Of a stretch of 64,000 bases of DNA, positions 24,929 to 37,409 are shown piece by piece. The stretch comes from Flectonema sp. DT1601. Lineage: Eukaryota. The stretch is from positions 682,001-746,000 of the forward strand of contig OZ025793.1 in assembly GCA_964019425.1 (NCBI GenBank). Reading direction: 5' to 3'. The notes under the pieces were generated by a model. It was given only the letters and a program-made list of their open reading frames with translations, was not told the DNA's origin and searched no databases. Every line of letters begins with the position of its first letter. Position 1 is the stretch's first letter. The translations under genes were made by a program, and so were the position numbers.

Positions 24929-26671
24929 ATGTCACTGAACTCTCTCTCAGGTAATAATGTGGATGTTTCTGTGTTTAAGTATCTCAGTATGCAGAGCAGG
25001 ACACAAATTAGTACGAAATTCAGTTTTCGAATACCTTCGACTGTCGTCTTTCGAGTCTGTCCAACTTTGTGGTACGAATCAATTACTGTAAGGAGAGGAG
25101 CATTCAAAGAGACAGAGATACGACAGAAACCTGGAACTATGCTGGATAAGGAAACGCTATACAAACACTTTAGTAAATCAGATCCTCAGGCGCCTAGTGA
25201 GATTGTTTGTTATTTTGTAGAACAATCAGGTGATGATTCCTCTCCCAGAGTAACGTACATGGATAAAGATGATCTTAAAACATTCTTGTTCACTGCGAAG
25301 AATCCTCACGGATTATTACAAAAGTTTATTCATTCTCAAACTGATTACTGTGAAACACACCAAGCAGTATGGTCACCTCACATGTTCTTTTCTGTTAGAC
25401 GTGCAAACAGATGGAGAATTAGCAACAGAAGTGTAGCAGCAACAACACGAGCATCTACCTTTGATGGACCTTTATCTAATTGTCATGAAACACTCTGTAC
25501 TGCTGTTACTAACAGAACTCTTAGTTACATGTGTCGTGAACTAGTTGATTATTGTTCTCAACATTGTGAAGCTTCTTCTTCTTTAAAGAGACTCGTAGCG
25601 TACTTTCGTAGAGACGTAAAAGATCAACTGTGGCTACTGTACACTTCTTCTGTAAGAGTTTCTCAGTCTTCTGAGAGGGATTCTACGGTACCTGTAAGGA
25701 CTAAGCCGGTTTCGCTGACACCAGCATTTGATTGTTCGCCGCATCACTCGTGGGGACATTCATTTTTTAAGCGTAAACTCGCAGCAGATCTGGCTAGTGG
25801 AATGCAACACAGTTATCATCCCCACCCACCTCCAGCGAAATTTCCAACCCCGCCTTTGAGTGATAGGAAGAGAGCGAGTCCGAGTATGAGCGAGCATTCT
25901 CGTGAATCGGATGTACCAAAAGAATTGAAGTTAACAGCAGAGTCTATTGGTAGACAGGAAGACTCTGAATGCCGATCACCTGATGGCGAGGTAGTCTGCC
26001 CGCCTGTTCTAAAAGAAGTTATGGACAAAGAAGCAGCTCGCATTGTACTTCCACTTTCATTAGCTGCTGAAGCGATAGATGATCAGCTGTATCAACTTAC
26101 ATGTCAACTAGCTGGTGGAGCGAATCCATCAGATGTTAGAATTATTATTCCAGACAGTGCGTATCCGTATAAAGAATCATCTGAACACTTTGTGGGATTT
26201 AATTATTTATTAAATACCCTAGGGTTGAATCAAATTGATAATATCCCTTCTGAAGATCCAAATGAAATCCCAGAAGTTATTTATACTTTAGATGAATCTA
26301 CTACCAGACGTTCTTTAACGGATTATCATTCTCCTTGTCGAAAACTTGTTGAAAATCATACAGCTGACTTTGCTAGCGAACTCGAAGCACTTTACTCTTC
26401 TCGGTTGTGTAGTCCATCATACAAGACATTGCTTTCATCAGTGCAGTCGTTTGATCTTTCTTCACTCAAAGCAATTCCGAAATCACCTCAACATGAAAGT
26501 AACTGGGTGAAGGAGGACTTCGTTAAGACTTCTGGTTCTTTGAATCGAGTGCGAAAGTTTCCCGTGTTACAAAAGTTATTGGACTACAATGCGATGAAAA
26601 TCACTGCAAGAGTTTTGGCAGCCGGTAACAGAATACAAGCTATGAGGAGAGTCTCTGATGCTGACGCATAG
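24929..26671 (+). CDS. Hypothetical protein, ~580 aa, globular N-terminal domain of unknown function
   Basis: Long ORF; first ATG at 24929 follows a CAG acceptor-like site at 24910; globular-looking N half (FRIPSTVVF, GLLQKFI, AVWSP) and low-complexity middle. Confidence 0.75.
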   Translation: MSLNSLSGNNVDVSVFKYLSMQSRTQISTKFSFRIPSTVVFRVCPTLWYESITVRRGAFKETEIRQKPGTMLDKETLYKHFSKSDPQAPSEIVCYFVEQSGDDSSPRVTYMDKDDLKTFLFTAKNPHGLLQKFIHSQTDYCETHQAVWSPHMFFSVRRANRWRISNRSVAATTRASTFDGPLSNCHETLCTAVTNRTLSYMCRELVDYCSQHCEASSSLKRLVAYFRRDVKDQLWLLYTSSVRVSQSSERDSTVPVRTKPVSLTPAFDCSPHHSWGHSFFKRKLAADLASGMQHSYHPHPPPAKFPTPPLSDRKRASPSMSEHSRESDVPKELKLTAESIGRQEDSECRSPDGEVVCPPVLKEVMDKEAARIVLPLSLAAEAIDDQLYQLTCQLAGGANPSDVRIIIPDSAYPYKESSEHFVGFNYLLNTLGLNQIDNIPSEDPNEIPEVIYTLDESTTRRSLTDYHSPCRKLVENHTADFASELEALYSSRLCSPSYKTLLSSVQSFDLSSLKAIPKSPQHESNWVKEDFVKTSGSLNRVRKFPVLQKLLDYNAMKITARVLAAGNRIQAMRRVSDADA

Positions 26672-29262
26672 CTGAGCCCTTCCCAAATTGATGATAGGAT
26701 TTCTTTCTTTTTTCCTGTGATTTTGATAGTCTCCCTGCTTCTTTTCACTAAGACAGTAGTGAGGGGCCGGGGGGAAAACGTTTTTTTTCTTTTCTTTTTC
26801 TTTCCAGTGCCGGACATTCAGCTCGGTACTAAAGTCCTTGATGGTTCTGTTTTTTTCTTTCTTTTTAAATTTGTTTTGGTTTTGATCGGACTCACAGTAG
26901 TGAGCTCCAAAAACTCGGAAAGTAATCCATTCCCTCAGAGTGTCAACTATTGTTTTTTGTTGCAATTATTTTAGTACATTCAGAGTTGATGATAGTGTTG
27001 TGAAAACATTTGATTTGAGGTAGTTGTTGATGTCCAGTCAAAAGTAATCTTAGTGGGGTAAGTATTGTTTTGAAAGTCGGTAGTTTTCGTGTGGGGAGCG
27101 GTGCAGTCACAGAGACAAAACCTTTCTTTCAAGCGTCTCGTTATACAGTGCATGAACTATACTTTTCTTAGAAATCGGCCGCACTATTTTCTTAAAGCCC
27201 ATTAGCCTCCACCAGAAGACCTCTGACACAGTCAGTTTAGTTCCCTCCGTTCCCTCAATTTTTTTGTACCTCCTACAGTTTATTTAGTTACCTTTCTTTT
27301 TTTTTTTTTTTTTTTTTTTTTCTTCTTTTTTTTTTTTTTATAACGCGTATGACTTCTGAAGAATTTCTTATTTCTGATGGAAAAATAGATAACAGAAAAA
27401 AAAAAGTAGTTGTTTTTTTTTTTAAACTTCTGTTGACTTTTTTTTATTTTGAATTCGTCAACTGTTTTTGAAAAAATATTTTTGAAAGACTTTATTTATT
27501 TTTATTTTTTTTTTTTTTTTTCCGTCTGAAATCAAATGAAGGCCTCATATGTCTTAGTCCTGTCCAGTACCTTTTGTCTATCTAGCTGCACACCTGAAAA
27601 GGTTATTTTGGTGCTGACGGGAATCTATCTTGCATGTTGTATGAATTATTTTTTATTTTCTATTTTTTTATCTTGTCGTTCCTCGTCAGGGATCCCGACG
27701 AGGTACTACTAAATATATTTATAGTTGAAGTCAGGGTACCGATTTCTATTTTATTCGCTAAGAATAAAATAGTATTGTCGGTGCGTTGCTTTTTTTTCCC
27801 TTATTCTGATACAAACAAATGGCTACGGCAGCAATCGAAAGATTCTCAGTCTTAGCTCCAAATTTCTGGGAGTTTTGCTTTTGCAATGCCGGTCAGAAGC
27901 TAATTGAGTTTGCTGATATTTCTTTTTGTTAAACGCTCCCCTTTGTTCGGTTAGTGAAATTAATTTATAACTACCGAAAGAACTTTTTTGACGTTTTCCC
28001 ACCGGCTTCCTTTGGTTTTTGTAGGTGATAAGTAGTATATACCTAACAGTTCAAGAAAGAAAAAACCTAACAAAGGTGTTTTGCTGTTTTTTTTTTTTTG
28101 TTCCTGTTGCACTTTTTTAGCCCTGATGTAAATTAGGTTTTGGTAGTCCCTCTCTTGAGTTGCAAAACCGAATCAGAATTAATCAGTTCAGTCTCCGACT
28201 AATTTCAAAAATAGTAACTTTTTTTGTCCCTTCAATTTAGTGCACCTCTGTAGCCTTGTTTATGCGGTTTTGTTGAATTTTTTTTTCCTTTGCACGTTTT
28301 TTATTTGTTGAGGGGGAAAAAAAAAAAAAAAAAAAAAAAAATCGTATCTCGATCCCGTATGCCGTCCCCCTTTTGTCAGGAGTAGTTCACACTCCAATTT
28401 CTCTTTTTATTATTATAATTATTACGTACCGATATAATATACATTTACTATGATCTGTGCTCTACACAGATAAAAAAGTAATATTGAAGAACAGAAGGAA
28501 ACCTACAAGCGTAAAAAACCGTCCAGTGTTGTGTTGTTAGTTACAAAAAAACCTCCCCCCAGAATGACTACACACTTCAGGATTGGGTGGATGCACAGGA
28601 GTCCCCTATTGTACTTGCCAAGACATGAAAGAAAAAGAAGCCTCACTATTGATGTAGCACGCAAAACAAAAATATATCGGTGAGTGTCGTCTTCCTGAAC
28701 AAGGATACTTTCTCATTATAATATTAAAATACTAATTAGTGTGAAGCCTTTTATGACAAAGCCGATCAGTTTTTGTTAACAAAACGAAGTATCATCATCG
28801 TCTTTTCATAGACTAGAACTTGACTTCAACGATGGCCGCATTGATATTGGTTATTTTTTTTCTTTTTTATTTTATTTACATAAGGCAATGGGAAAACCAA
28901 AAAAATTTCGTTGAACGCAGACAAAATCCTGTCGCACGGGGAAAATAAATCATGACCATAAGAAATAATCGGTTTTCAATCTGAATAGTTTCTTCTCCGA
29001 CTACGTCGGTACAAAAAAAAAAAAAAAAAATAGCAGACAAAAAACTATTATATCTCAGCAAAACCTTATTAGTTTTTTGTTTTTCTCTTTTTTTTTTTTT
29101 TTTGTATTGGGTGTGTTCTTTTTCTTGTGCTTGTTCTGTAGCGACAAATAAAAATCGGAAATCCGTTTTGACAGGTACGCTTTGCCGCTGTTCGATTGTA
29201 ATACTGCTCTCTCATCTAATTTATAATAAATCTTACCTCAGTTAACAAATGTAAACAAAAAA

Positions 29263-31314
29263 ATGATGTCAAAAGTAGACACGTCTTTACTTTACTCAGG
29301 AATTTTAAAACCTCCACCGCGTGGGTTAGGACCTATAAGACAATTGAGAGGAGTTCGTGATTCGACTCTCATAAAAACTTGGAATGAAGTAACTAAAATA
29401 ATTCCGAACGATGAAACATCTACGCGGAGCATGATAACATTATCACAGATTTCAGAACAGCTTCCAAAACTACCAGAAAACATCATTGAGAACTTAGAAT
29501 GTGTTCAACTCTCATCAAAGGAAGGTCGTAAATGGGTACACAACATAATCAGACTATATGATGCTAGAATGAAAGCACTGGAGACAATTTTATTTGATTT
29601 CATCGACAGCAAGTATGAAGCAGACGTACTTAAAAAGTTACTACGAAAATCAGAAATACGATGCCAGCGATATCAGGATTCATGGGTTGCTCTGCAAGCT
29701 AGTAAATGTTCGTATTCAACGATGCAAACAAATGGATTGGACTCGAATGAAGAAATAGAATCTCAACTTAAGAAGAAAGACACTCAGATAAGAAAACTGC
29801 ATAGAAAAGTCTCAGCACTAGAAATCGAATTTAGTGACTGCGAAGCTGACCACAGCAAACTTCTACAACAACACAGCACCCTCTCAGATGAATTTGAATC
29901 TTTACGTGGCGAATGTAAAAAACTTACAAAGTCTAAAACTCGGTTGGAGACAACCATTGAAGAAAACAAACAAACGTATTCTACATCAGTTCAAGGATAC
30001 AAAACCGAAATTGATTGCTTAAAGCGAAAAATAGAAACATTTGCAGAACGAGAAGAACAATTACTAGCTGAGGCTGAAGCAAGACTTAAAGAAGTGAATG
30101 ATGAACTTCATCAGAGAATAAATGAAGCGACTGTTAGTTGTGTAGAACTTCAAAATCAACTTAGAGAAGCGAAGAATCAAAATGAACAACAACAAGAATT
30201 GGAAAGACAATTATCAAAACTGAAATCGGAGTGCAATCAACTTCAGAAAAGTTCTTCGAGAGCAGAAAATCAAATAAATTCATTAACTAACATTAATGAT
30301 AATCTCAAAGCACAGATTGCTAAATATGATGCAGAGCGAGACATGTGGTCAGATGATCACCTCCGAAGCATTCTCTTTGGGCTTGTTAACCACCTCAAAC
30401 AAGCATTAATAACCACGTTGGAACTTCAACCACAAAAAGTACAAATCCCAAAACAAAAAAATAAATCAAACACTCAAAACATCACGACAGAAATGCCAGA
30501 TTCAAAAATATTAAACATACAACACAACTTAGATCTTATTGTGAAGACACCATTTCCAAAAACAACGGAGTTAGATAATGTTCAGTTTAAGAAATTAGTA
30601 GAAGCAGTTCTAAGAAGTATTGCTGACCTTTATCTTGAGATCAGAAATATTAAAGAAACTGACTTAGATAAAAAGAATCAAATAACGCAATTGGAAGATG
30701 AGGTTAAAAAGTATCGCGAACATGCGAGTGAGCTGTTTGAAGAGCTTCAGAACAAGAATCGTGAAGTTAAACAACTGTTGACAACCAGAAGAGCACCACC
30801 TGCTGAAATAAAAGAAACCAACGAATCAGAACTAATCCACCGAATCGAACAAGAGTGCCACATAGCCCCATCGGTAGCAAATAAGTTTAAACTCTTTTAC
30901 CAAAGGATGCTGCAGCAAAAAGGTCAAAGAGATGCGAAATGGCAAACCAAAAAACAAAAATTAAAAGAAACAGAACAACAAAAGATTACATGCACCATGA
31001 ACCCCAACAGCAATACCATGCTGATGGCAAAGAAATGGAGAAACAAGGTTTCTGAAACAAGACTTGAGCCTGAGCCTAACCAACCAGAACAACAAACAGA
31101 TGACTGCGATGAAGAGAAAGAACAGGAACAGAACGAGGAAGAAGAGAACGAATCTAACGAGCCAAGTGAAACAGTCGACCAAAAACCTGCTCGAACTCTT
31201 TCACCAGATGGTATCCTCAGCGTTTTGAGTAGTGAACATTGTCATAATATCTCTGTGACATCAGGTGAGGATTGTAATGTTGATATTCTAATCCCCAGTA
31301 CTACTAGGAGTACC

Positions 31315-31346
<32 letters not shown>

Positions 31347-31521
31347 AAGTGATTCTAGTCCATTGTTAAAGAAGAGACAGGCCAAACCAATTCCATCACT
31401 TTTTCATTCAATTGACACCACCAGTGATGATGCTGTTGCGAAACTTATCGGAGACCCCCTCAGTAAGAAATCCGCAGTTGTGAAATCACCGCTTCGCAGG
31501 CAGAAAGCCAAACAATCATAG
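29263..31521 (+). CDS. Long coiled-coil protein, 752 aa
   Basis: E/K/Q/L-rich heptad pattern over most of its length; acidic and Ser-rich C-terminus. Confidence 0.85.
31314..31345 (+). repeat. (AGT)n microsatellite encoding poly-Ser
   Basis: About ten consecutive agt triplets. Confidence 0.9.
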
Positions 31522-31856
31522 TCTACAAAATGAGGCAAAACAAACCGATAAATGTTTTTTTTTTCTTTTTTTTTTCTTCTTCTTCTTTTTTTTGCCCTTA
31601 GCCAAATTTCATTTTCTCTTGCATTTACGATACTGCACAAAGCATACTTTCCTACCACTGGTAGTGGGGGATAACTCAGTTACACCTCACCTGAGTATTT
31701 GTTATTATTATTTTATTGACGCCATTTGCTCGCCTTGCTTCCTCTGGGGACCTTTTCAGACTCCCCTGTTGTGTTGTTTGTAAAGTAAAGCAGTCACTTT
31801 TATGGTGGGAGTCCACAGGTATTGTGAAGATATATTTTCCTCAACAGTTTCTAAAT

Positions 31857-32777
31857 ATGACGACCTGTAATATCTCTGTTCAGACCTTCACTGGGAAAGT
31901 GTTAGTCTCTTTGAGAGACAAGACAACTGTTGCTGAAGTTAAGGAACAGATTGCTTTTGAAGAGGAGATTGATGAATCTCACTTTGATATAGTGATTGAA
32001 GGTGATGTGCTTTCAGATATGAAGAAGGTGATGATATCTCTTGGAGTTGTTTCTACAACAGAGTTGGAGATTATTCGATCAAAGAAGTCACTAGCGATTG
32101 AAAAACTGGGAGGCGTCCCACCAACTTGTAAGAAACTACTACGAGAAGTATCAAAGAATGGAGCTCTAGTCTCTAGCCTGATAGAAGCAGGAGTATCGAC
32201 TAACTGTCGTAATAAGACTGGAAGCACTCCATTACATGTTGCTGTGACTCAAGGGAATCTAACTCTTACTAAGCTTCTCCTCGAAAACGGAGCTCTTCCT
32301 GATTGCGCAGATGCGAACGGAACCCCACTACAACAGGCGATGGGATTAGATGAGTGTAACAGTTTACAAATTATCGAAATGTTACTTTCACACAACGCTA
32401 ATCCAAACTTCAAAGATCACAGCAATATACCGTCTCCGATGCATATGGCGGCAGCACGCTCCTCTGGCGTAATAATAAAGTCTTTGTTAAGGAAGGGAGG
32501 TAACATTGATGTTACTGACTTCATGGGTGAAACACCTCTTCATAAAGCCATTCGTTTTCGACGAGACATTGAAATAATAAATTTACTTTTAGAACATGGA
32601 GCAAGTGTAAGTAGTAGTAACAACCAAGGTGATACAGCTCTTCATCTCGCAGTACTTCACTCGGTAGATTCTGTTATCCAGTTTTTGATGAAGTCTGGAG
32701 CTGATTGTGCCATCGCCAATCTCGATAATGTTACACCTGCGACCCTCGCTCAGCGGATAGGTAGAAATATATTTTAA
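31857..32777 (+). CDS. Ubiquitin-like domain + ankyrin-repeat protein, ~306 aa
   Basis: N-terminal ISVQTFTGK...TTVAEVKEQI (ubiquitin-like); ankyrin motifs GSTPLHVAV, GETPLHKAI, GDTALHLAV; ATG follows an AG at 31847. Confidence 0.85.
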   Translation: MTTCNISVQTFTGKVLVSLRDKTTVAEVKEQIAFEEEIDESHFDIVIEGDVLSDMKKVMISLGVVSTTELEIIRSKKSLAIEKLGGVPPTCKKLLREVSKNGALVSSLIEAGVSTNCRNKTGSTPLHVAVTQGNLTLTKLLLENGALPDCADANGTPLQQAMGLDECNSLQIIEMLLSHNANPNFKDHSNIPSPMHMAAARSSGVIIKSLLRKGGNIDVTDFMGETPLHKAIRFRRDIEIINLLLEHGASVSSSNNQGDTALHLAVLHSVDSVIQFLMKSGADCAIANLDNVTPATLAQRIGRNIF

Positions 32778-34794
32778 ACAAAAGAAAGAAAAAAGAAAAA
32801 GAAAAAAGTTTTTTATTTTTATTTTACTCTATCTTGGTTTCTTAGGGAAAATTTACACTTGCGGTGTACAGTATTTCACTCCTGGCTGAGTGTGAAGTTT
32901 TTTTTCCGAATTTAATTGCACGTATTTTGGTTGAGATCCGTGTATTGCGGTCTGCTTCACTGGTCAGAGGCACACTGGCTTACATTCGAAGCAGTCTCTG
33001 CTGCCTCTGATCCTAGCTTGAAAAATCAAATTATGTACAACGTCGCATACCATTCGAAGAAGAGACTGCAACGACACACAGCAAGTTTCTTTGTGTAAGT
33101 TGCACTGGCGGTCGTTATCTAGTCTTGGCTGAATTCAGAGTTGACTACAAGCAAGACAGCAAAGTGACTCCTGGAGGGCTCGTAGATGTAAATTTTCCCT
33201 CTGAAGCCTCCTATCGAATATCAGGCTATCTGATTTTCATTAAATCATTAGTTTTTTTTTTTTTTTTCTTTTTTTTTTCCGATCTCATTACAAATATCCA
33301 TGTGCATAGTTTGACTTATTGAATTAGTTTTGTTATAATAAACATTTCACATCACTCACTTTGGTCGGACAGAAGACTTATTTTAATTTTTCTTATTTTA
33401 TTTTATTGGAGGATTGATCTTTCATTTTTTATGTTAACAGAAATACATATTTTATTTTCGTCGCTTCTCACCATTCGATATGTTTTTACTGCTAAAAAGC
33501 TATCACATCTGTAGAATACGTGGCTCACCCATTTTTTTTTTTTTTGGATGCCTCTATATTTGGTTTGCGTTCAATTTCTCGATTCTGAGGAAAAAAAATA
33601 GAACGCTCCAGTTCCTCTACCCTCATTTGTTTATTTTGTTTCTTTTTAATCCTTTCGTACTTTCCTATCACTTTTTTAATGAGCTATCGTTAATTGAACT
33701 CTGTTAGGTAAAGCACTAATGTCACCATGGGATTGTAAGTGTACAGTTTTTTTTTTTTAACGAAGCTTTATATTTTTGAGGTTATTGCCTTTTAAGCTTT
33801 TTGGACTTACCATCAATCACTCTGAGCTTTTTTTTATTTTTTTTTAAAAGAAAAAAAAAACCTTGAATTATGGTGATTTTGCCTCCTAACTGAGTGTATC
33901 AGTTTTTTTTTTTTTTTTTTTTGTTTTATTATTTTCTTTCGTATAAACTAAAGATTTCAAATCATGTTTTTATAAAACATGACTTGTTAAGTTGCGGGTT
34001 TAACATATTTGCGATGTCTTGACCTGCATCCTTACGACTATGAGGAGGTAACCCTCATCCAAACTGACAGCAGTCAATGTAGTTAGTATTTTTTTTTTTT
34101 TTTGTACTGAAAATTTTTTAAGACTTCTAACAACAATTAAGCTCACTTGATGCTTACTACCTGATGGAGAGGTTACCTCCACATCTAAATTAGTGTACTC
34201 ACTTGACTTGTTTGTTGTTTGATGACGAGACTGATATAAGATTCCTTCTTTTTTTGTACCGACGTAGTCGAAGAAGCTGCGTTCAACGAAAATTTAAGGT
34301 TAATCTGAATGGTTTTATTATTGTTACCACAATTCGAACTCTTGCTGTCTGTGAAAGCCGCAAAGAGATCTCTTTTTATTTTAGTATGCAGTTGAAGTAT
34401 TTTTTTTTTTTCAAACAATACAAAGAGAATAGTTTAATTAGATAGTTCACAAAATAGAAATCAAAACAATTGTTCTTCCTGTACCCTTTTTTTTTGTGGA
34501 TTGGGATGTGAGTGTTTTACTGCAACGTTTCCTCATTGCATGTAAGAAATGCATACAAGTCTCTTGTTAAGGCATTAAACTCCAACAACCTCTTTAAATA
34601 GACAGGGAAACCTGCATTGTGTAAGACATTTTCTTTGAACGTCATTTTTGTACGAACAAAACGAAATGTTGAGGATGGGGGGGGGAAAGTATTATCAATC
34701 TCGAGGAGAAACTCTCCCGGAAGTAATATGCATAATTAGGTGACCCCTCTTAGTGGTCTCTTTTGTTAATTAAATTGTTTTTTTAACTATCATT

Positions 34795-34818
34795 TTCTAC
34801 TTTTTTTTTTTTTTTTAG
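34795..34818 (+). promoter_or_regulatory. Poly-T tract + AG, putative trans-splice (or 5'-UTR intron) acceptor
   Basis: Long T run ending in AG 11 nt before the ATG; similar pyrimidine-rich/AG sites precede ATGs at 2989, 24910, 31847, 37376, 45418, 55261, 56653. Confidence 0.5.
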
Positions 34819-34829
34819 AGGAGGAATAA

Positions 34830-35477
34830 ATGAATAGATTAATCTCAAGGGCAGCCTTGAGTAGGCTGGGTGCCGTACAAAAGAGAGGATTTAGATACCG
34901 TGGGCAATCTGACGTTGACACAGCTACGCCATGGTACTGGGCACCTTTCGAAGCTCCCAATTACTCGCAACTTCCTGAACGGTACGACTGGTATATGTAT
35001 GTAAAAAAAAGGACAAAAAAAAGTAGTATCTATTTTATCTTCTCGAAAAAATAAATAAATAAAGTTGTAAGTTTTGGTAACATATTTAAAACAGGCATTC
35101 CGGATTCGGTCAAGAGTCTACAAGAATGTGGGTGAACCCGAGTGACAACGGAGCTCACGAGAGATTCGGAAGAGTGCAGGCAACATTTCTTGGACCCCTA
35201 TTATTATTCGCTTTTGTTGTCGGCTACTCAATCTACTCTGATATCCTTTACAGATTTGTTAGAGGAGACGATGAGTACTTCTATGCAACCTTAACAGTGG
35301 ATACTCCGAAAGTATGTTATAATTTTTTTTAAAAACCGTTGTTTATTCAGAATTTTAAAACACAACACCACAACACCACCACAGTATCCATTCGATAACC
35401 TGTTCTTATACTTACCTGCTGGTTTCAAGAACGACCCAGAGTACGTCGCTCATATCAACAGCAAGCATACATACTAA
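34830..35477 (+). CDS. Small single-TM protein with mitochondrial-type presequence, 156 aa, 3 exons
   Basis: Exons 34830-34990, 35095-35311, 35385-35477 (471 nt); GT..ACAG introns keep the frame; Arg-rich, acid-free N-terminus MNRLISRAALSRLGAVQKRGF; TM FLGPLLLFAFVVGYSIY. Confidence 0.75.
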
Positions 35478-35855
35478 GAGGATTGTATTTAGGTGTATGT
35501 GTGCTGCTTTATCGGTTTCACAACTACCACGGCTGGTTTTCCTTATTAGGGGAGGCTGAGCACGACAACCTACTGCCAGTATATCAGCACTTGTTTCTTT
35601 TGTTTAGTTGTGTAAGGAAAGCTCAAGGTTAGATCAGATTCTGTTTTTTTTCATTGTCTTTCTTTCGTCGTCTCATACGGTTCATTAGTGTCTTCTGGGA
35701 AAGTTATAATAATTATTTATTTATTTTTTGTATTCTTTCGATAAAAAAGAAAATAGTGAATATAGTGTTCTTTTTTTCTTTTCTTTTTTTTTTTTTTGTG
35801 GTATTTTGTCGATGTTCATAAAGGTTATAATTTTAAGTAGTAATAATAACAAAAC

Positions 35856-36835
35856 ATGTCGTGGTGTACAATCGAATCAGACCCAGCGGTCTTTAATGAA
35901 ATGATAGAAAGAATCGGAGTGAAGGGAGCTGAGGTTGTTGAGGTTCCCTGTCTTGACGCTGCAGACATTGAAAAGCAATATGGAAACATTCACGGTTTAA
36001 TCTTTTTATTTAAATGGAAACCAGTTAAGAGAGAAGTCAACGTAGTTGATGCTCCACACGTTTACTTCGCAAAACAAATTGTTGGAAATGCGTGTGCTAC
36101 TCAAGCAATAATTAATATCTTATTAAATGCTGATGGTATTGACGTTGGTACTGAGCTGTCTGACTTTAAATCTTTCACACTTCCACTTGATCCTGTTGCA
36201 AGAGGTGAGTGTCTCGGACAACAAGAAAACATCCGAACGGTTCATAATTCATTCTCTCGACCACAGTGTTTCTCATTCGAAGATTCATCTTCTGGAGATG
36301 TATGTTATTATACTTTGATTGGGTGTAATTACTATTTTTAAAAAAATAAATAAAAAAACAGGAGGACGCATACCACTTCACAACGTACATCCCGAAAGAT
36401 GGATTTTTATACGAACTTGACGGTCTGCAGGGAGGACCTATCCTCGCTGGGGATATCAGAACAGGAGAGAACTGGTTGAATCAAGCAGTTCCATTATTAC
36501 AAGAGAGAGTTAGCTTTGTTCAGAGTAGTGATGAAAAAGGAAATGGATTGATGTTTAGCTTACTTGCAATCACTGATGATAGAATAACAAAGTTAGAGAA
36601 GGAATTGGCAACGACACCTGACGACACCAAAGCAGCACTGCTAATGTCTTTAAAAGACGCAAAGCAAAAGGGAATCTCAGAGAACACTCGCAGACGTCAT
36701 AATTACATTCCTCTCGTAATAGAATGCCTTAAGGCACTTGCTTCAAAGGGTGTCCTTGAGAAGGAAGCTGCTGAATCAAAAGACAGAACAAAACAGAAGA
36801 ATGAACAAGACTCAAAGCGTCCAAAGAAGGCATAA
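35856..36835 (+). CDS. UCHL5: Ubiquitin C-terminal hydrolase UCH37/UCHL5 (peptidase C12), 305 aa, 2 exons
   Basis: Exons 35856-36299 and 36362-36835; motifs WCTIESDP, FAKQIVGNACATQA, EDAYHF...LYELDGL, C-terminal ENTRRRHNYIP. Confidence 0.93.
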
Positions 36836-37409
36836 ATAGCTTCGCCTACCCTTTCTGTTAGTTATTCCAACCCATCCTCTTCAAAGAAAGAATACGTCGT
36901 AGATATGTAGTGTAACAGTAAGTGTCATTTCCCTCTAATAAGTGTATTATTGACACCATGTTCTAGTAACCTAAAGTAGAAGAAAAAAAGAAAGGGGGGT
37001 GGTCCCTGCCACGCACGTAGCGATTTAATTGTTTTTTTTTTTCTTTGTTTTTTTTTTTTTTTTTTTTTGTGTGTTTGTATTTGCTGTAGGAAAAAACACC
37101 ACAAAAAAGAAAAGAAAATTAATAACAAAAGAAGGAAAGAAACAGTGAGAGAGAGATAAAAAAATAATAAGAACAAGAAACACACAACTCACCCTCTAGC
37201 TTAATATAACATTTTTAGAGTTAAGTCGCGACCCTAAGCTAACTGTTAGTTTATGTATTAAATTATCGTAAAAACTATTTAAAAGAAAAACAGACAACAA
37301 CAACAATAAATCCAATCCACCTACGTGGTAATATCAGTTTTAGACCTGAGAATCAAATAATATTAACATCTTTCAGGTACCGTGTCAGGAACATGAATCC
37401 ACGTGAAGG

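Noticed and set aside
28352..28366. Resemblance to an Illumina adapter (ATCcCGTATGCCGTC)
   Set aside because: Only 15 nt with a mismatch and the adapter does not continue; probably chance.
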